A model generated the notes under the pieces. It was given only the letters and a program-made list of their open reading frames with translations. It had not been told where the DNA came from and did no database searches. 64,000 nucleotides of DNA, from positions 80,414,001 through 80,478,000 of the forward strand of contig NC_042998.1 in NCBI RefSeq assembly GCF_006345805.1, written 5' to 3'. A program made the translations under genes and the position numbers. This stretch comes from Octopus sinensis. Taxonomy: Eukaryota. Positions 12,541 to 23,807 of the stretch are shown piece by piece (within the stretch, counting starts at the first letter, position 1; the number at the start of each line of letters is the position of its first letter).

Positions 12541-12671
12541 TGCTCAATCTGTAGGAAAGGTACAGGTAGAAACTCCATAAGATGCACCCAATGTAAGGTA
12601 TGGACACATAAGAGGTGCAGCAACATTAAAGGGAATTAACAGATAAGATAGCTTTCATGTGCGGCAGATGC
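12541..12671 (+). other. PHD-type C4HC3 zinc finger coded inside the RTE RT
   Basis: CSIC-x11-CTQC-x4-H-x2-C-x~14-CGRC spacing across the second frameshift. Confidence 0.75.
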
Positions 12672-13352
12672 ACAGGGACAATAGACACAACAGACACTCA
12701 GAAAACAGATTCCATCACACTCCAGGGAGAGAAACTAGAAGTAGTTGATAGTTTCCGCTACCTGGGTGACCAAGTTAGTAGCGGAGGTGGATGCACAGAG
12801 AGTATCACCACTAGAATACGAATAGCCTGGGCAAAGTTCAGAAAGCTCCTACCCCTACTGGCAACAAAAGGTCTCTCCCTCAGAGCGAAAGGTAGATTGT
12901 ATGATGCATGTGTGCGAACTGCCATGCTTCACGGTAATGAAACATGGGCAGTGACTGCAGAGGACATGCGTAGACTTGAAAGAAATGAAGCTAGCATGAT
13001 CCGCTGGATGTGTAGTGTCAGTGTGCACGCAAGACAGAGTGTAAGCATCCTAAGAGAAATGCTGGATATAAGAAGCATCAGATGTGGTGTGCAAGAGCGA
13101 CGCTTGCGATGGTATGGTCATGTGCTGCGGATGGATGAAGAGAGATGTGTGAAGAAGTGCCACTCCCAAACAGTTGAAGGTATCAGGGGGAGAGGTAGAC
13201 CCAGGAAGACATGGGATGAGGTAGTCAAGCATGACCTCAGAGCATTGTGCCTCACTGAGGCAATGGCGAAAGACCGAGATCTCTGGAGATATGCTGTGAC
13301 TGCAAAGACCCGGGCTGCTTTCTGCAGCAATTCCACATACCCCCTACCCATT

Positions 13353-13440
13353 CAAAGTACCCCGGATCCCCAAAGTACCCCAGATCCCCAAAGTACCCCG
13401 GATCCCCAAAGTACCCCGGATCCCCAAAGTACCCCGGACC
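13353..13440 (+). repeat. 18-bp tandem repeat (caaagtaccccggatccc) x~5
   Basis: Units start at 13353, 13371, 13389, 13407 and 13425; in frame they read (QSTPDP)n. Confidence 0.95.
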
Positions 13441-14239
13441 CAGTTGCCCCCGTGCCGCTGGCACGTTAAAAGCTCGAACCGATCGCGACCAATGCCGGAC
13501 CCCCCGGCCCCTGTGCAGGTGGCACGTAAAAAGCACCCAATCCACTCACGGAGTGGTTGGCGTTAGGAAGGGCATCCAGCCGTAGAAACTCTGCCAAATC
13601 AGACTGGAGCCTGGAGCGGCCCCTGGCTTCCCAGACCCCGGTCAAACCGTCCAACCCGTGCTAGCGCGGAAAACGGACGTTAAACGATGATGATGATGAT
13701 GATGATATCACTTTTGATATTAACCAACATGAGGCTACTCTTCATTCTGTTATAGACAATCTTGTTTTAACCTTTTAAGGTAACTTGAAGAGAGAGACTT
13801 TTGTTAAACTATGTTCTTTGTATTATCAACATCATCTATTATGTTTTCCATGCTGGCGTCTGTTGGATGTGTTTGATAGGACCCAATGAGCTGTAGGACT
13901 GTGTCCAATACCAGCTTTGACATGGTTCCTATAGTCGGATGCCCTTCTGAGTACCAACTACTTTACAGTGTGTACTGTGTGTTTTTTCCTGCCACCAGCA
14001 TTTGTGAGGTTGGGAAGTAACTTGCAAGACAAAAAAAGCAAAAGCACCCGCAACTGAGTGGTTGTATTTGAGAGAGAAGGAAGTAGCTTCATACCAGTTG
14101 TAAGAGGTTAAAGTATGATAGCAGGACAAGCACAAGTGTTTTGCATGTTTATTTTATGAAACATCTCAAAATTCTTATCTGCTTTCAAAATTCATTGAAA
14201 CACACAGACAGTGTACTTCATTGGAAATATGAGGGTTCA

Positions 14240-14560
14240 TTCATCTTTGCCAACTATTCCTGAGGAATCTTGTGACAGTAGAGTCTTCAAGCATCTGCCC
14301 CATAGGGCAACCATCATTAGATTTTCCAGCTGGATTCCCTAGAGCAACCAACTGAGACTATGCATATTCAGACATCTCATTCTTGGCCCACCCACAAGTC
14401 TCCTACTTGTTGGCTTGGCTTGAAGAATCCATCTTGCGATTCTTTCCTATGAACTTGTTACCAATTCAAATATGTCCGAGACATATTCAAATCTGTAAGA
14501 GTCATTCACTACATTTTGTCATGGAGAAAAATTCATACTGTCGACAAAAAGGTGTAAACA
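14240..14560 (-). mobile_element. Old RTE-type C-terminal fragment (second subfamily)
   Basis: Minus strand reads ERIARWILQAKPTSRRLVGGPRMRC, resembling the RTE GKRPRGRPR.RW end; shares gcttggcttgaagaatccatctt with ~30150. Confidence 0.55.
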
Positions 14561-14916
14561 CACCAGTGCAGTTCGAACTGATGGATGTATACATTTTGAA
14601 GTAATTTTCTTTTCATCACCATGAAACACTGGAAAGTGAGGTAACACTGAACTGACTACAAAACTAGATCTCTGTTATCAGATTCCAATCTAAATACTTT
14701 GGCTGGTGGCACTAACTGGCTGCTACCAGTCACACAATATACATCAAAGCAAGATCAACATCGTCCACAGCATTATGCCTTCTAACAGTGCACAGATATT
14801 TAATATGATACATAGATAATGCTTTTAATTTAATACTATTACATTTGTGTATACCAAATTCTTTTTTACAATCCTACAAGCTTCTATAATTCTGATGAAT
14901 ATTTTATGCTGTTTCC

Positions 14917-15562
14917 TTTTCGCCTTCGGCCCAATGCGTTCATGCTGCCAACAGAGCACGTGGAGTTCTGTTTTTGATTCGATGGTCATTCGGAATGCTC
15001 ACAGCAGCCATATTCCTACTGCTCTATGTCACGCTGGTGAAACCCATATTGGGGTACGGGATTCAAGCCTCTTCTCCTTATCTCCTCAAAGACATACATC
15101 ATCTCGAAAGAGTCCAGAAGCTGGCTACCCGCATGGTTCTTGGTCTCAAGCATTTGTCTTATGAAGAAAGGCTGAAGACGCTCGACCTTTATTCTCTCAA
15201 AAAACGACGACGCCGTGGTGATCTCATTCTCGCTCACAACATCATAAGCGGAAAGTGTAACCTCTCGAAAGAGCTGTTCTTCACTCCTGCTCCAGAGCGT
15301 GGCTGCAGTGTCACTCTGAAAAGCTCTATCTATGATGATTTCATCTCAATCGAAAGAGAGGGACTTTCTCAATCCGGGTTGCAGATTCGTGGAATAAGCT
15401 GCCAGATGAGATAGTGAAGATGCCGACGACCACTCGGTTCAAAGTCTCTCTTGACCAGAAATGGCCTGAACTCTTTGTATGACCACCCTCCCTGTACATA
15501 ACTCCCTGTCCCCCTACATGGCCTTACTTTCGCTTTTTGAGCCAATAAAAATTGAATTGAAA
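14917..15562 (+). mobile_element. CR1-clade LINE 3' fragment
   Basis: LYVTLVKPILGY...LERVQKLATRMV.GLKHLSYEERLKTLDLYSL..RRRRGDLI, then (frameshifted) SWNKLPDEIV. Ends aataaaaattgaattgaaa. Confidence 0.85.
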
Positions 15563-15786
15563 TAAGGCTTAAATTTCATTTAAGCAGTTAGCAAACACTC
15601 GTCAGGCTTTAACAAAGGCAAAATGGCTGGTTGCCAGCAAATTTTTCTCTTCTTAAAAGGATTTTATCCTTTATATATACTGTTCAGTATTTACGTGTTG
15701 AAAAAAAATATCTTTCTACTTGTTCCGCAACTGTTACTGTTGCGAGTCACTGCAGTAATAATGTTCATCACACTCTGATATATGAT

Positions 15787-16106
15787 CCTGTGCTTGAGAA
15801 GATCCATTGAGTCAAGTACACCAACATCAAAAATCAATGTAAACTGCAGTTGTGATCCCTGTGCCGGTGGCACGTAAAAAGCACCAAACCGATCGTGGCT
15901 GTTGCCAGCCTCGCCTGGCCTCCATGCTGGTGGCACATAAAGAGCACCCACTACACTCACGGAGTGGTTGGCATTAGGAAGGGCATCCAGCTGTAGAAAC
16001 ACTGCCAGATCAGACTGGAGCCTGGTGCAGCCTTCTGGCTTCTCAGACCCCCCGTCGAACCGTCCAACCCATGCTAGCATGGAGAACGGACGTTAAACAA
16101 TGATGA

Positions 16107-16110
<4 letters not shown>
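15787..16110 (+). mobile_element. RTE 3' end (5'-truncated copy)
   Basis: Starts ctgtgcttgagaaga (AVLEK, ORF end); two tggcacgtaaaaagcacc modules; shared tail and (gat)n. Confidence 0.85.
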
Positions 16111-16158
<48 letters not shown>

Positions 16159-16389
16159 GGTTTTTAACATAGCAAGCCTATGAAGAGATTTTATGTGACA
16201 ATTCCACAGTATCATGCCTTTTAATAGTAGGCTATGTATGTGTACACATGTCACATTAGGAAGGGCATCCAGCCATAGAAACCATGCCAAAGCAAACCCC
16301 AGAATTCAGTACTGTTCTGTAGCTGACTGGATCTTGTCAAATCATCCAACCCATACCAGCAGGGAAAACTGATGTTCCCTATGATGATG

Positions 16390-16770
16390 ATGATGATCAT
16401 CATCATCATCAGCATCGTTTAGTGTCCGCTTTCCATGCTGGCATGGGTTGGACAGTGCAACTGTGGTCTGGGAAGCCAGAAGGCTGCACCAGGCCCAGTC
16501 TGATCTGGCAATGTTTCTATGGCTGGATGCCCTTCCTAACACCAACCACTCCATGAGTGTAGTGGGTGCTTTTTATGTGCCACCGGCACAGGTGCCAGAC
16601 GAGGCTGGCAAATGGCCGCGATCGGATAGTGCTTTTTACGTGCCACCGGCATGGAAGCCAGTCGGGGCAGCGCAGGCAACGGCCACGTTCAGATGGTTCT
16701 CTTATGTGCCACTGGCACTGGTATCACAGCTACAATTTCCATTGATGTTGATCGATTTTGATTTTGATTT
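16390..16770 (-). mobile_element. RTE 3' end (5'-truncated copy)
   Basis: (atc)n then the reverse complement of the RTE tail; three ggtgctttttacgtgcca modules. Confidence 0.85.
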
Positions 16771-18394
16771 TTATATATATATATATATATAGGTGTAGGT
16801 TGCCATATCATTCATCACTGTCCTGGTCCAATACAGGTTGTAGGATAGGCTGCAACATGGTGAGAACCAAAGAATATAGATGACAGGGCTTGTTGAGGAG
16901 AAACAGATGCTGGACGGTGACCAGATCTTCGTAGTGGTGGCATGGTTCCCATGGTTGGATGCCCTTCCAACCAGAGTGGGTCCGGTGTGCTGTTGGTGAA
17001 TGAGGTGGAGGAGTGTTACTGTACCTGCCCTTCCTCCAGAGGGAACTGTGTGAACTCACAATGGTGAAGGCAACTGTTGGTGGAGATAACAACCCTACGT
17101 CTAGTCCACAACTGAGACACAATTCTGAATTGTTGCATTTCAACATATGGCTGTTACCCTCCTCTTTTTCCAAGGCAGATTCTTAACTGTAGCTGATAGA
17201 GGATTGTAAGTGGAGAGTTTGAGATAATTTAGTAAGTTCCGGTTTGTATTGGGATAGGGATTGGTTGTGAGGTTGGGGGGGGGGGGGTTATGTAGGTGTG
17301 AGAGGACAGGTCTAGCCAGTTTGAACATAAAATGGGTAGAATATTTTGGCCAGATATGGCCAGTTTAAATGCTAAAGGGTTAAATGCTATGATACTGGAT
17401 GTATGACTTATTCGTGTTCCTCACATAAACCTCATCATCACTGTCAGATCAATTATCCCCAATTTCATTTTTATCACATCAGTCATCTTGTTAACCATCG
17501 ACAAATACACACACACACACACATGTATATAAGGATATTGCAACAGTATATAAAGCAGTATCACAATAATGCCTTTGATTTATAGGATACACTATAGAAA
17601 ACCACAAGATATTTTACTGCCATACTCTTTACTTAGACAAACAATTTTAAACACTGTATTACAAATATGTAGAGGTTTTTTTTCATTTTATTCCTTGAAA
17701 TCATTGATCTTATCACAGTAAGAGAAACGAGCTAAACAGGTTTGGTAACTTGTAACATACACACAAGGTTAGTTTAAACATTAAAAGTTGACAATTCTAT
17801 AAATAAGAAATATGTTTAAAATTTCATTTTATCAAAAAGAAATATTATGAATAACGATTGTAGAAGGAAGAGATTTATATTTTTGTTTTTAAAATTTGGT
17901 AGAAATAGGTTTCTTAATGTAATTTCACACACACACAATTTGTCAATTCAGTCTTCTTATTACTTAACCACTACTAGTTCTATGCTAACTTCCACCAAGA
18001 AAATAGTGTCTAGATTAAAAGTCCAAGCTTGCTAATATTTCCCACCCAGTGAAACAATTTATAAAATTTGTTTTCAATGTTGACTTACTGTCCAAGCAAA
18101 TAACTATTTTTCATTTCATACTATTCAAGAGGAAGTGTCTTGAAATATCATCATAAACATCATAATCATCATCGTTGTATTAACCTCAATATTTTTTCCA
18201 TGGGGGCTTTTGTCAGACATGTCTGACATGCAGCATATTTATTGCTAACCATCTTGGTCCTGTTATTTTCTAGTTCCTCAACATGTTATTTCTAGAAGCC
18301 AAAATTCCCTTCAAATTTTACCCTACCATCTGAGAGAGAGAGAAAGGATACATCAGATAACTATACAATGTGGTACTAGGTACACTACCTGTTT

Positions 18395-18780
18395 TACCTT
18401 TTATGTTTTCAGTCATGAGACGAAGCCCATGCCGGAGCACTGCCTTGAAGGGTACTCCAGCAAATCAACCCCAGTACTCACTTTTTTTAAAGTCTAGTAC
18501 TTATTCTCTCAGTCTCTTTTGCCAAACTGCTAGGCTACAGGAACATAAATAAACCAGCACCGGTGGTCAGGCAATGGGTGAGTGTGACAGGCACAAACTT
18601 ACACACACACACACGTGCATGACTGGCTTCCAGACAGATTTTTGCCTATCAAACTCACTCACAGAGTATTGGTCAGCCTGGAACTTTTGTAGAAGATACT
18701 TGCCCAAGGTGCCATGCAGTGGAACTGAACCCAAAAACACATGGTTGCAAAGTGAGCTTCTTAACCACACATCCATGCTA
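18395..18780 (-). mobile_element. SINE family A copy
   Basis: Same head, core and tail in reverse orientation. Confidence 0.75.
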
Positions 18781-19122
18781 GTGTCTGTGAACTAAAAAAA
18801 AAAAAGACACAGGATAATTGTAAATATAATGTCTTTGATCATAAGCCTGCTTGACAAGGGCTTACCTGGGGTTTAATAACAATAATAATAGCTATCATCT
18901 CAGTCCTTTATTATTTATCTTTCCTGTGAGGCCCAGTTTCCTGAACGCTAACCTTGACTGCAAATACAAAAATTGCGAGATGAGGGATTTTCATCATCAT
19001 CATTTAACATCCATTGACAAGAATCCAATGATTCTAAGGACTGCATTATTCTCCAGTGTTTGCTTTGATAAGGTTTTTAAGGTTGGGTGTCTTTGCTAAT
19101 GCCAACCATTTTGTACTGTGTA

Positions 19123-19454
19123 AAGACCCCCTTCAGTCATGAATGACCATGGGATGACACCTAGAAAGTTACCCTCCAAGGTACAAGTCTGGGCAAGGTT
19201 GTTTATGGAAGACCAGCAGTCACCCATGCATACCAGCCTCCCCTCTCCATGCCACCAGTGTTATCCCAGGGATAGGCAAAGGTCAATACAGCTTGGTACC
19301 AGTGATGCCTCAACTCATTTCTAGAGCTGAGTGAACTGGAGCAACATGAAATAAAGTGTCTTGCTCAAGAACACAACACATGGCCTGGTTCAGGAATTGA
19401 ACTCACCACCTCTTGATTGCGAGCATAACACTCTAACCACTGAGCCATGTGCCT
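19123..19454 (-). mobile_element. tRNA-headed SINE family C
   Basis: Minus-strand head aggcacatggctcagtggttagagtg...gagttcaattcc, core gtgttgtgttcttgagcaagacactttatt; second copy at 22640-22901. Confidence 0.8.
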
Positions 19455-19851
19455 ATGCTTTTTCATGCCACCAGCTCTACTGAGGTTACCATGTAGCTCA
19501 CAAGTCTACAAACCTGAGGATGCGGGGGTGTTATGTTCTTATGTTAGATAGGAGTTAAAGTACGAAGGAAGAGGTTGGGGTAGAGCAGGTTCTTGTTGTA
19601 GAGGAGCTACATGGCTCCTCACATGTAGAAGAGAGAGTGAGAATGAGCTGATGGTGTCTCCAAAGAGATAAATAGTGCTGATGAGGTGACTAGGTGGCAC
19701 CTCAGGTAGGAGTAGTAGTAGTGAGTGGAGGTCTGCAAGAGAATATGGAAGAAGAGATAGGGGAAGTAGGAGAAAGCAAGGTAGGTAGGCAACGTCTGTA
19801 AAGATTGGGAAGAGTTGAGGAGTGGGGATGCATGAGTTGGAAAGGCTAGAG

Positions 19852-20185
19852 CAGTGATTCTCAACCAGGGTTCATTTAGCCCCTAAGAGTTTATATAAAA
19901 TTTTTGGGAGTCTACACAACAAAATAGTAAATTGAGGATCCACAATAGTATTTTAAGGGCCTCTGAAAAAATTTTGCTTTAGGTGTATGTATCGGTATGT
20001 ATTGCAAGAAGCAGCTAAGGTTCTTTCTTCAACATTTTACATAATTCAATCTACACAAATTAATATGTGAAAACATTAATAAATAACACTATAAAACTAG
20101 TTTTAAACATCAAATGGCTATGGGAGTCCACCAGAATGAAATAGTACCAAAAGAGTTCATAGATAAAAAATGGTTGATGATCAAA
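19852..20185 (+). mobile_element. hAT (Charlie-like) MITE
   Basis: Starts cagtgattctcaacc after gctagag and ends in decayed ggttgatgatc; inverted copy at 30970-31303. Confidence 0.6.
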
Positions 20186-22639
20186 GGGTAGTAAGAAAGA
20201 TATGGTTGACAGCAGAAGAAGAGAAATGACATGTTTCAGTAGATTGCAGAAACAGGGTTAAAAGATAGACATGTATAGGACATGAGGAGAGATAATTTGG
20301 TGATAGGAACTATTTACGTTTGAATCTCAAAATTAATCATTCATCTTAAAATGATGAACTTCATATCTAATTAATTTATTAAAATGTGCTTTACATAGAT
20401 GCAGGCATGGTTGTGTGGTTAAGAAGCTTGCTTTGCAACCACATGGTTTTGGGTTCAGTTCCACTGTGCAAGGGCAAGTGTCTTTTACCATAGAGTTGGG
20501 CTGACCAATGCCTTATGGCTGCATCTGGTAGCCAGGAACTATATCAAAACCCATTTTGTGTGTGTGTGTGTGTGTGTGTGCACGTACATGTGTATTCCCC
20601 TATAATTTAGCAGTTCAGGCAAGAAAGATTGATAGAATAAGTAACAAGCTTTAAAAAAAAATATTACAACAGATTAATGGAGGGTTCTGCAAATCCCAGT
20701 ATACATTACTAGTGCTGTCTTCTCACTCTTCCTTTTCTACTACTACTACAACAACTACCTTTGTTCCTTAGAACTGGGTTTTGTGTTACTTCCAATCAAG
20801 CATCTTCCCACTCATTCACCTCTCTCTCATTCCTATATTATGCTCATCACCTTACATTTTCTCCAGACAGTAGGTATGCTGGCCTGTTGAATGATCACCT
20901 GAAATACTTCAAAACTTGTTTAAAAGCCTGATCCAATGTCCTATGTTTGCCAGGCTTCAAAAGGTTTGAATTTTTTTTCTGACAACATAGAATTGGTTAG
21001 CCTGAGTCTATAGTAGAAGACAGTGGGACTGAACCCAATACCATATGGTTGCAAAGTGAGCTTCATAACCACACAACTATGTCTGCGCTTATGTAAAGAG
21101 GCTCGATTTGAACGCAGGACATACAGAGCTGAAACAGGTATTACAATATATTTCAACTGGTGCTCTAACATCCCACCAATCCACTGCCTTGGACTAATAC
21201 ATTCTTCCTTTTTTTTTTTATCAATTCTGAAGGCTGAAAAGATGAAAGCTGATCCAAGCCAAGCAGGATTTGAACCCAGCACACAAAGAGAAAAAACAAA
21301 TGCTGTAAGACATTTTATTTGACACTATTATGATAGTAACAATTGTGTGTACACGCGCGTGTGTGTGTGCATATGTGTGCGTGTGTAAATGTAAATAATC
21401 ATGCAGCTCCTCTACAAGAGAAACTCACTATGTCCTGGCTCCTTGTTTCATATTTTTACTCCATATAAAGCTGTACCTTCAAGTGTCATAGTCTTGCAAG
21501 CTGCATGGCAATCTCAACAGTGCTGGTGGCATGAATGAAACACCCAGTACACACTGTAAAACTGTTGGCATTAGGAATGACAACCAACTATAGAAACCAT
21601 ACCAAAGTGGACACTGGAGCATAGTGCAGTCCTTGGACTCATCAGCTCCAGTTAAATTGTCCAACCCATACCAGCATGGAACATGGATGTCAAATGATGA
21701 TATATACATCCACACACCCACACACACAGGGCAATGTCATTGGCTTGTATAACGCTAAGAATTTTCCAATAAATAAAGCTTGTAATCAGGCTTCAATTCC
21801 CATTTGTAGCCACTTTTCTTTTTCAGCTAGATTGCTTTATAAAATTAAAAAGAAAGAAAAAAACATGAATGCCACCACTTCTAATTCCACATTTCTTAAA
21901 ACTTTTAAAATTAAATTCTACCTAAAAGTAATGCTCCTACACTTTGATACTAATAACTGCCATACAGATGCTGCATGAAAAAAAAAAAAGTGTGGCTTTT
22001 AAGAAAACCTGAAAAATAAAACAAAAATGCTTTCTGAAACAGGAAGTAATGTTATTCCAGATTGACATCCTGAAATATTGTCTACTGCTTCTGGGCAATG
22101 CATGAGGTCATTTGAGAGAGTATTTAACTATACTTAATTAGATACCAGTCAATTTATTAAGGTAGCTTGTAACACAGAGAAAGAAAGAGAGAGAGAGAGA
22201 TGGTGGGGGCATGCAGCAGGCAACTAGAGACAGAAACTGACTGACAGACAGTTTTTCTTTTTCCATTATTACTTATTCAAAAAAGGAAGGACACTTTTCA
22301 AGGTCTTCAAGACTAGTAGGGAGGAAGGGAGGAATTTACCAGGGCCAAAAGCTTGCAACAGAGTGGTCTCTGCTAGTGGTTTATCAAGGCTCAGCTGTTA
22401 GCATTAAATCAGACAATGGATTTGTCTACCACTCCTCAAGAACAGGTTTTAATGGAAATTTATATATCTATTAAAGAAACATTATGAGTCATTAGGGCTT
22501 CAGAGAGAAAGAAGGAAGTATCATACATTGAATGCTGAACAGACATTCCAAAAGAATGAGGTAAATGATGTATTAAGTATAAGCAGTGAATTAGTAAGTT
22601 CAATCTCAACATTGGAAACTATTTAATTCAAGAGGAGGA

Positions 22640-22901
22640 GAAGACCCCCTTCAGTCATGAATGACCATAGGATTGCACCTAGAAAGTTACCCGCCAAGGT
22701 ACAAGTCTGGGCAAGGTTATTTATGGAAGACCAGCAGGCACCCATGCATACCAGCCTCCCCACTTCACACCACCAATGTTATCCCAGGGAAAAGCAAAGG
22801 CCAATGCAGCTCAAGAACACAACACACAACCTGATACAGGAATTGAAATCACTACCTCATGATTGTGAACTTGACACTCAAACCACTGAGCCACATGCCT
22901 T
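22640..22901 (-). mobile_element. SINE family C, internally deleted copy
   Basis: Collinear with 19123-19454 but lacks ~70 bp of the middle. Confidence 0.8.
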
Positions 22902-22943
22902 CACAGAAATACAGTAAGAAATAAAATAAACCAAGCCACCAAA

Positions 22944-23124
22944 GGGAACCCCTACTTTGTTACTTGACCTGCAAGAAATAGCAGTTAAATCTCCCTCAAA
23001 TCACACTGAACAGTCTTAAAAAAGGACACACTAGATAATGTAGTCCTAGATTTGGTATGACTGAAAATGGAGCACATTTAATTGTAAGCCTAATTAGGGT
23101 TGACCTGGGGCTAAACAACAACAA
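22944..23124 (+). repeat. Dispersed ~200-bp repeat with (AAC)n tail (representative copy)
   Basis: gaaatagcag..aaatctccctcaaatcacac...gacctggggctaaacaacaac. Related copies at ~1545-1700, 27266-27472, 41129-41330, 44020-44230, 44690-44900, 47330-47490 and 59820-59970. Confidence 0.6.
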
Positions 23125-23618
23125 TACTGTACACAGCATCAAAAGTGATGCTATAGTATGGCCTTAGATGTGATGGCTAAAACTAATTAAAAATCTAAAG
23201 AAACTGATTCTAATATTCCAGTGATATCCAATTTCATATAACTTCCTTAATAACAGTGGGGGACTAATGAATGTCACAACTTCCACTTTATAAAGCTCTC
23301 TGAGACCTTTATGTCTGATGTGGAAATAAGTTTTTAATTATTAGACTAAACAATGGATGTTGTTGTCGTTTGGTCCCACGTCAATCCTGACTGAATAGAT
23401 ATGTTCCTGCCATGACAATCCCATCCTTGTCACAGGCATTGTGTACCTGAAATTACATTATCCTATGCAACCATCCCTTTTCATGAGAGTGAATCATTTG
23501 AGGCATTTTGCTGTTATTTCTGTCATGTCAGGTGACTGCATAGTGGCACATTTCCTGTTACGTTCGCGTTTATCCGTGAGTGCATACATACACACAAATA
23601 TAAATACACACACACATT

Positions 23619-23807
23619 CGAGGGGGCGCTAAAAAGTTCATGGCTTTGGGTAAAAGAAAATACAGGTCGATTAGTTAATTATGATTTTATTGAACACACT
23701 GCCCTCTCAGATTCACACAAAGCCCTGTAAAAGAACTCGGAAGGTTGGGCCTCCAACCAGACCTTTTGCGACACCCTTAAAGCCAGGAACTTTTCAGTAC
23801 CTCCTCG
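23619..23807. mobile_element. Tc1/mariner-type MITE
   Basis: TIRs cgagggggcgctaaaaagttcatggcttt / aaagccaggaacttttcagtacctcctcg; related copies at 34588-34808 and ~57625-57775. Confidence 0.75.

Larger units (their letters stand above)
11300..13469 (+). pseudogene. RTE ORF (reverse transcriptase) broken by two apparent 1-bp deletions (~12349 and ~12634)
   Basis: Track ORFs 11528-12385, 12430-12639 and 12657-13469 join into one RT protein if a base is restored at ttcaaaacg^gatgc (FKTGCPWELLYADD) and at aaaggg^aattaaca (IKGKLTDKIAFMC). Confidence 0.9.
11300..13706 (+). mobile_element. 5'-truncated RTE-clade LINE, young copy, with 3' UTR and (GAT)n tail
   Basis: RT motifs NYRGIKLL, QFGFVPGRSTTDAIF, FVDLEKAFDRVP, GVHQGSALSPLLF, PWELLYADDL, FRYLG and RLRWYGHVLRM...GRGRPRKTW. 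The frame is open from 11300. It ends ...ggacgttaaac(gat)n at 13706. Confidence 0.95.

Noticed and set aside
17270-17290. Poly-G run as a G-quadruplex element (also ~27836-27845)
   Set aside because: Simple homopolymer inside repeat-derived sequence; nothing supports a function.
21622-21650. Minus-strand CUGAUGA-GUCC-AA-GGAC hammerhead-like half
   Set aside because: Followed by UGCA instead of GAAA; lies within a decayed RTE tail, so probably coincidence.
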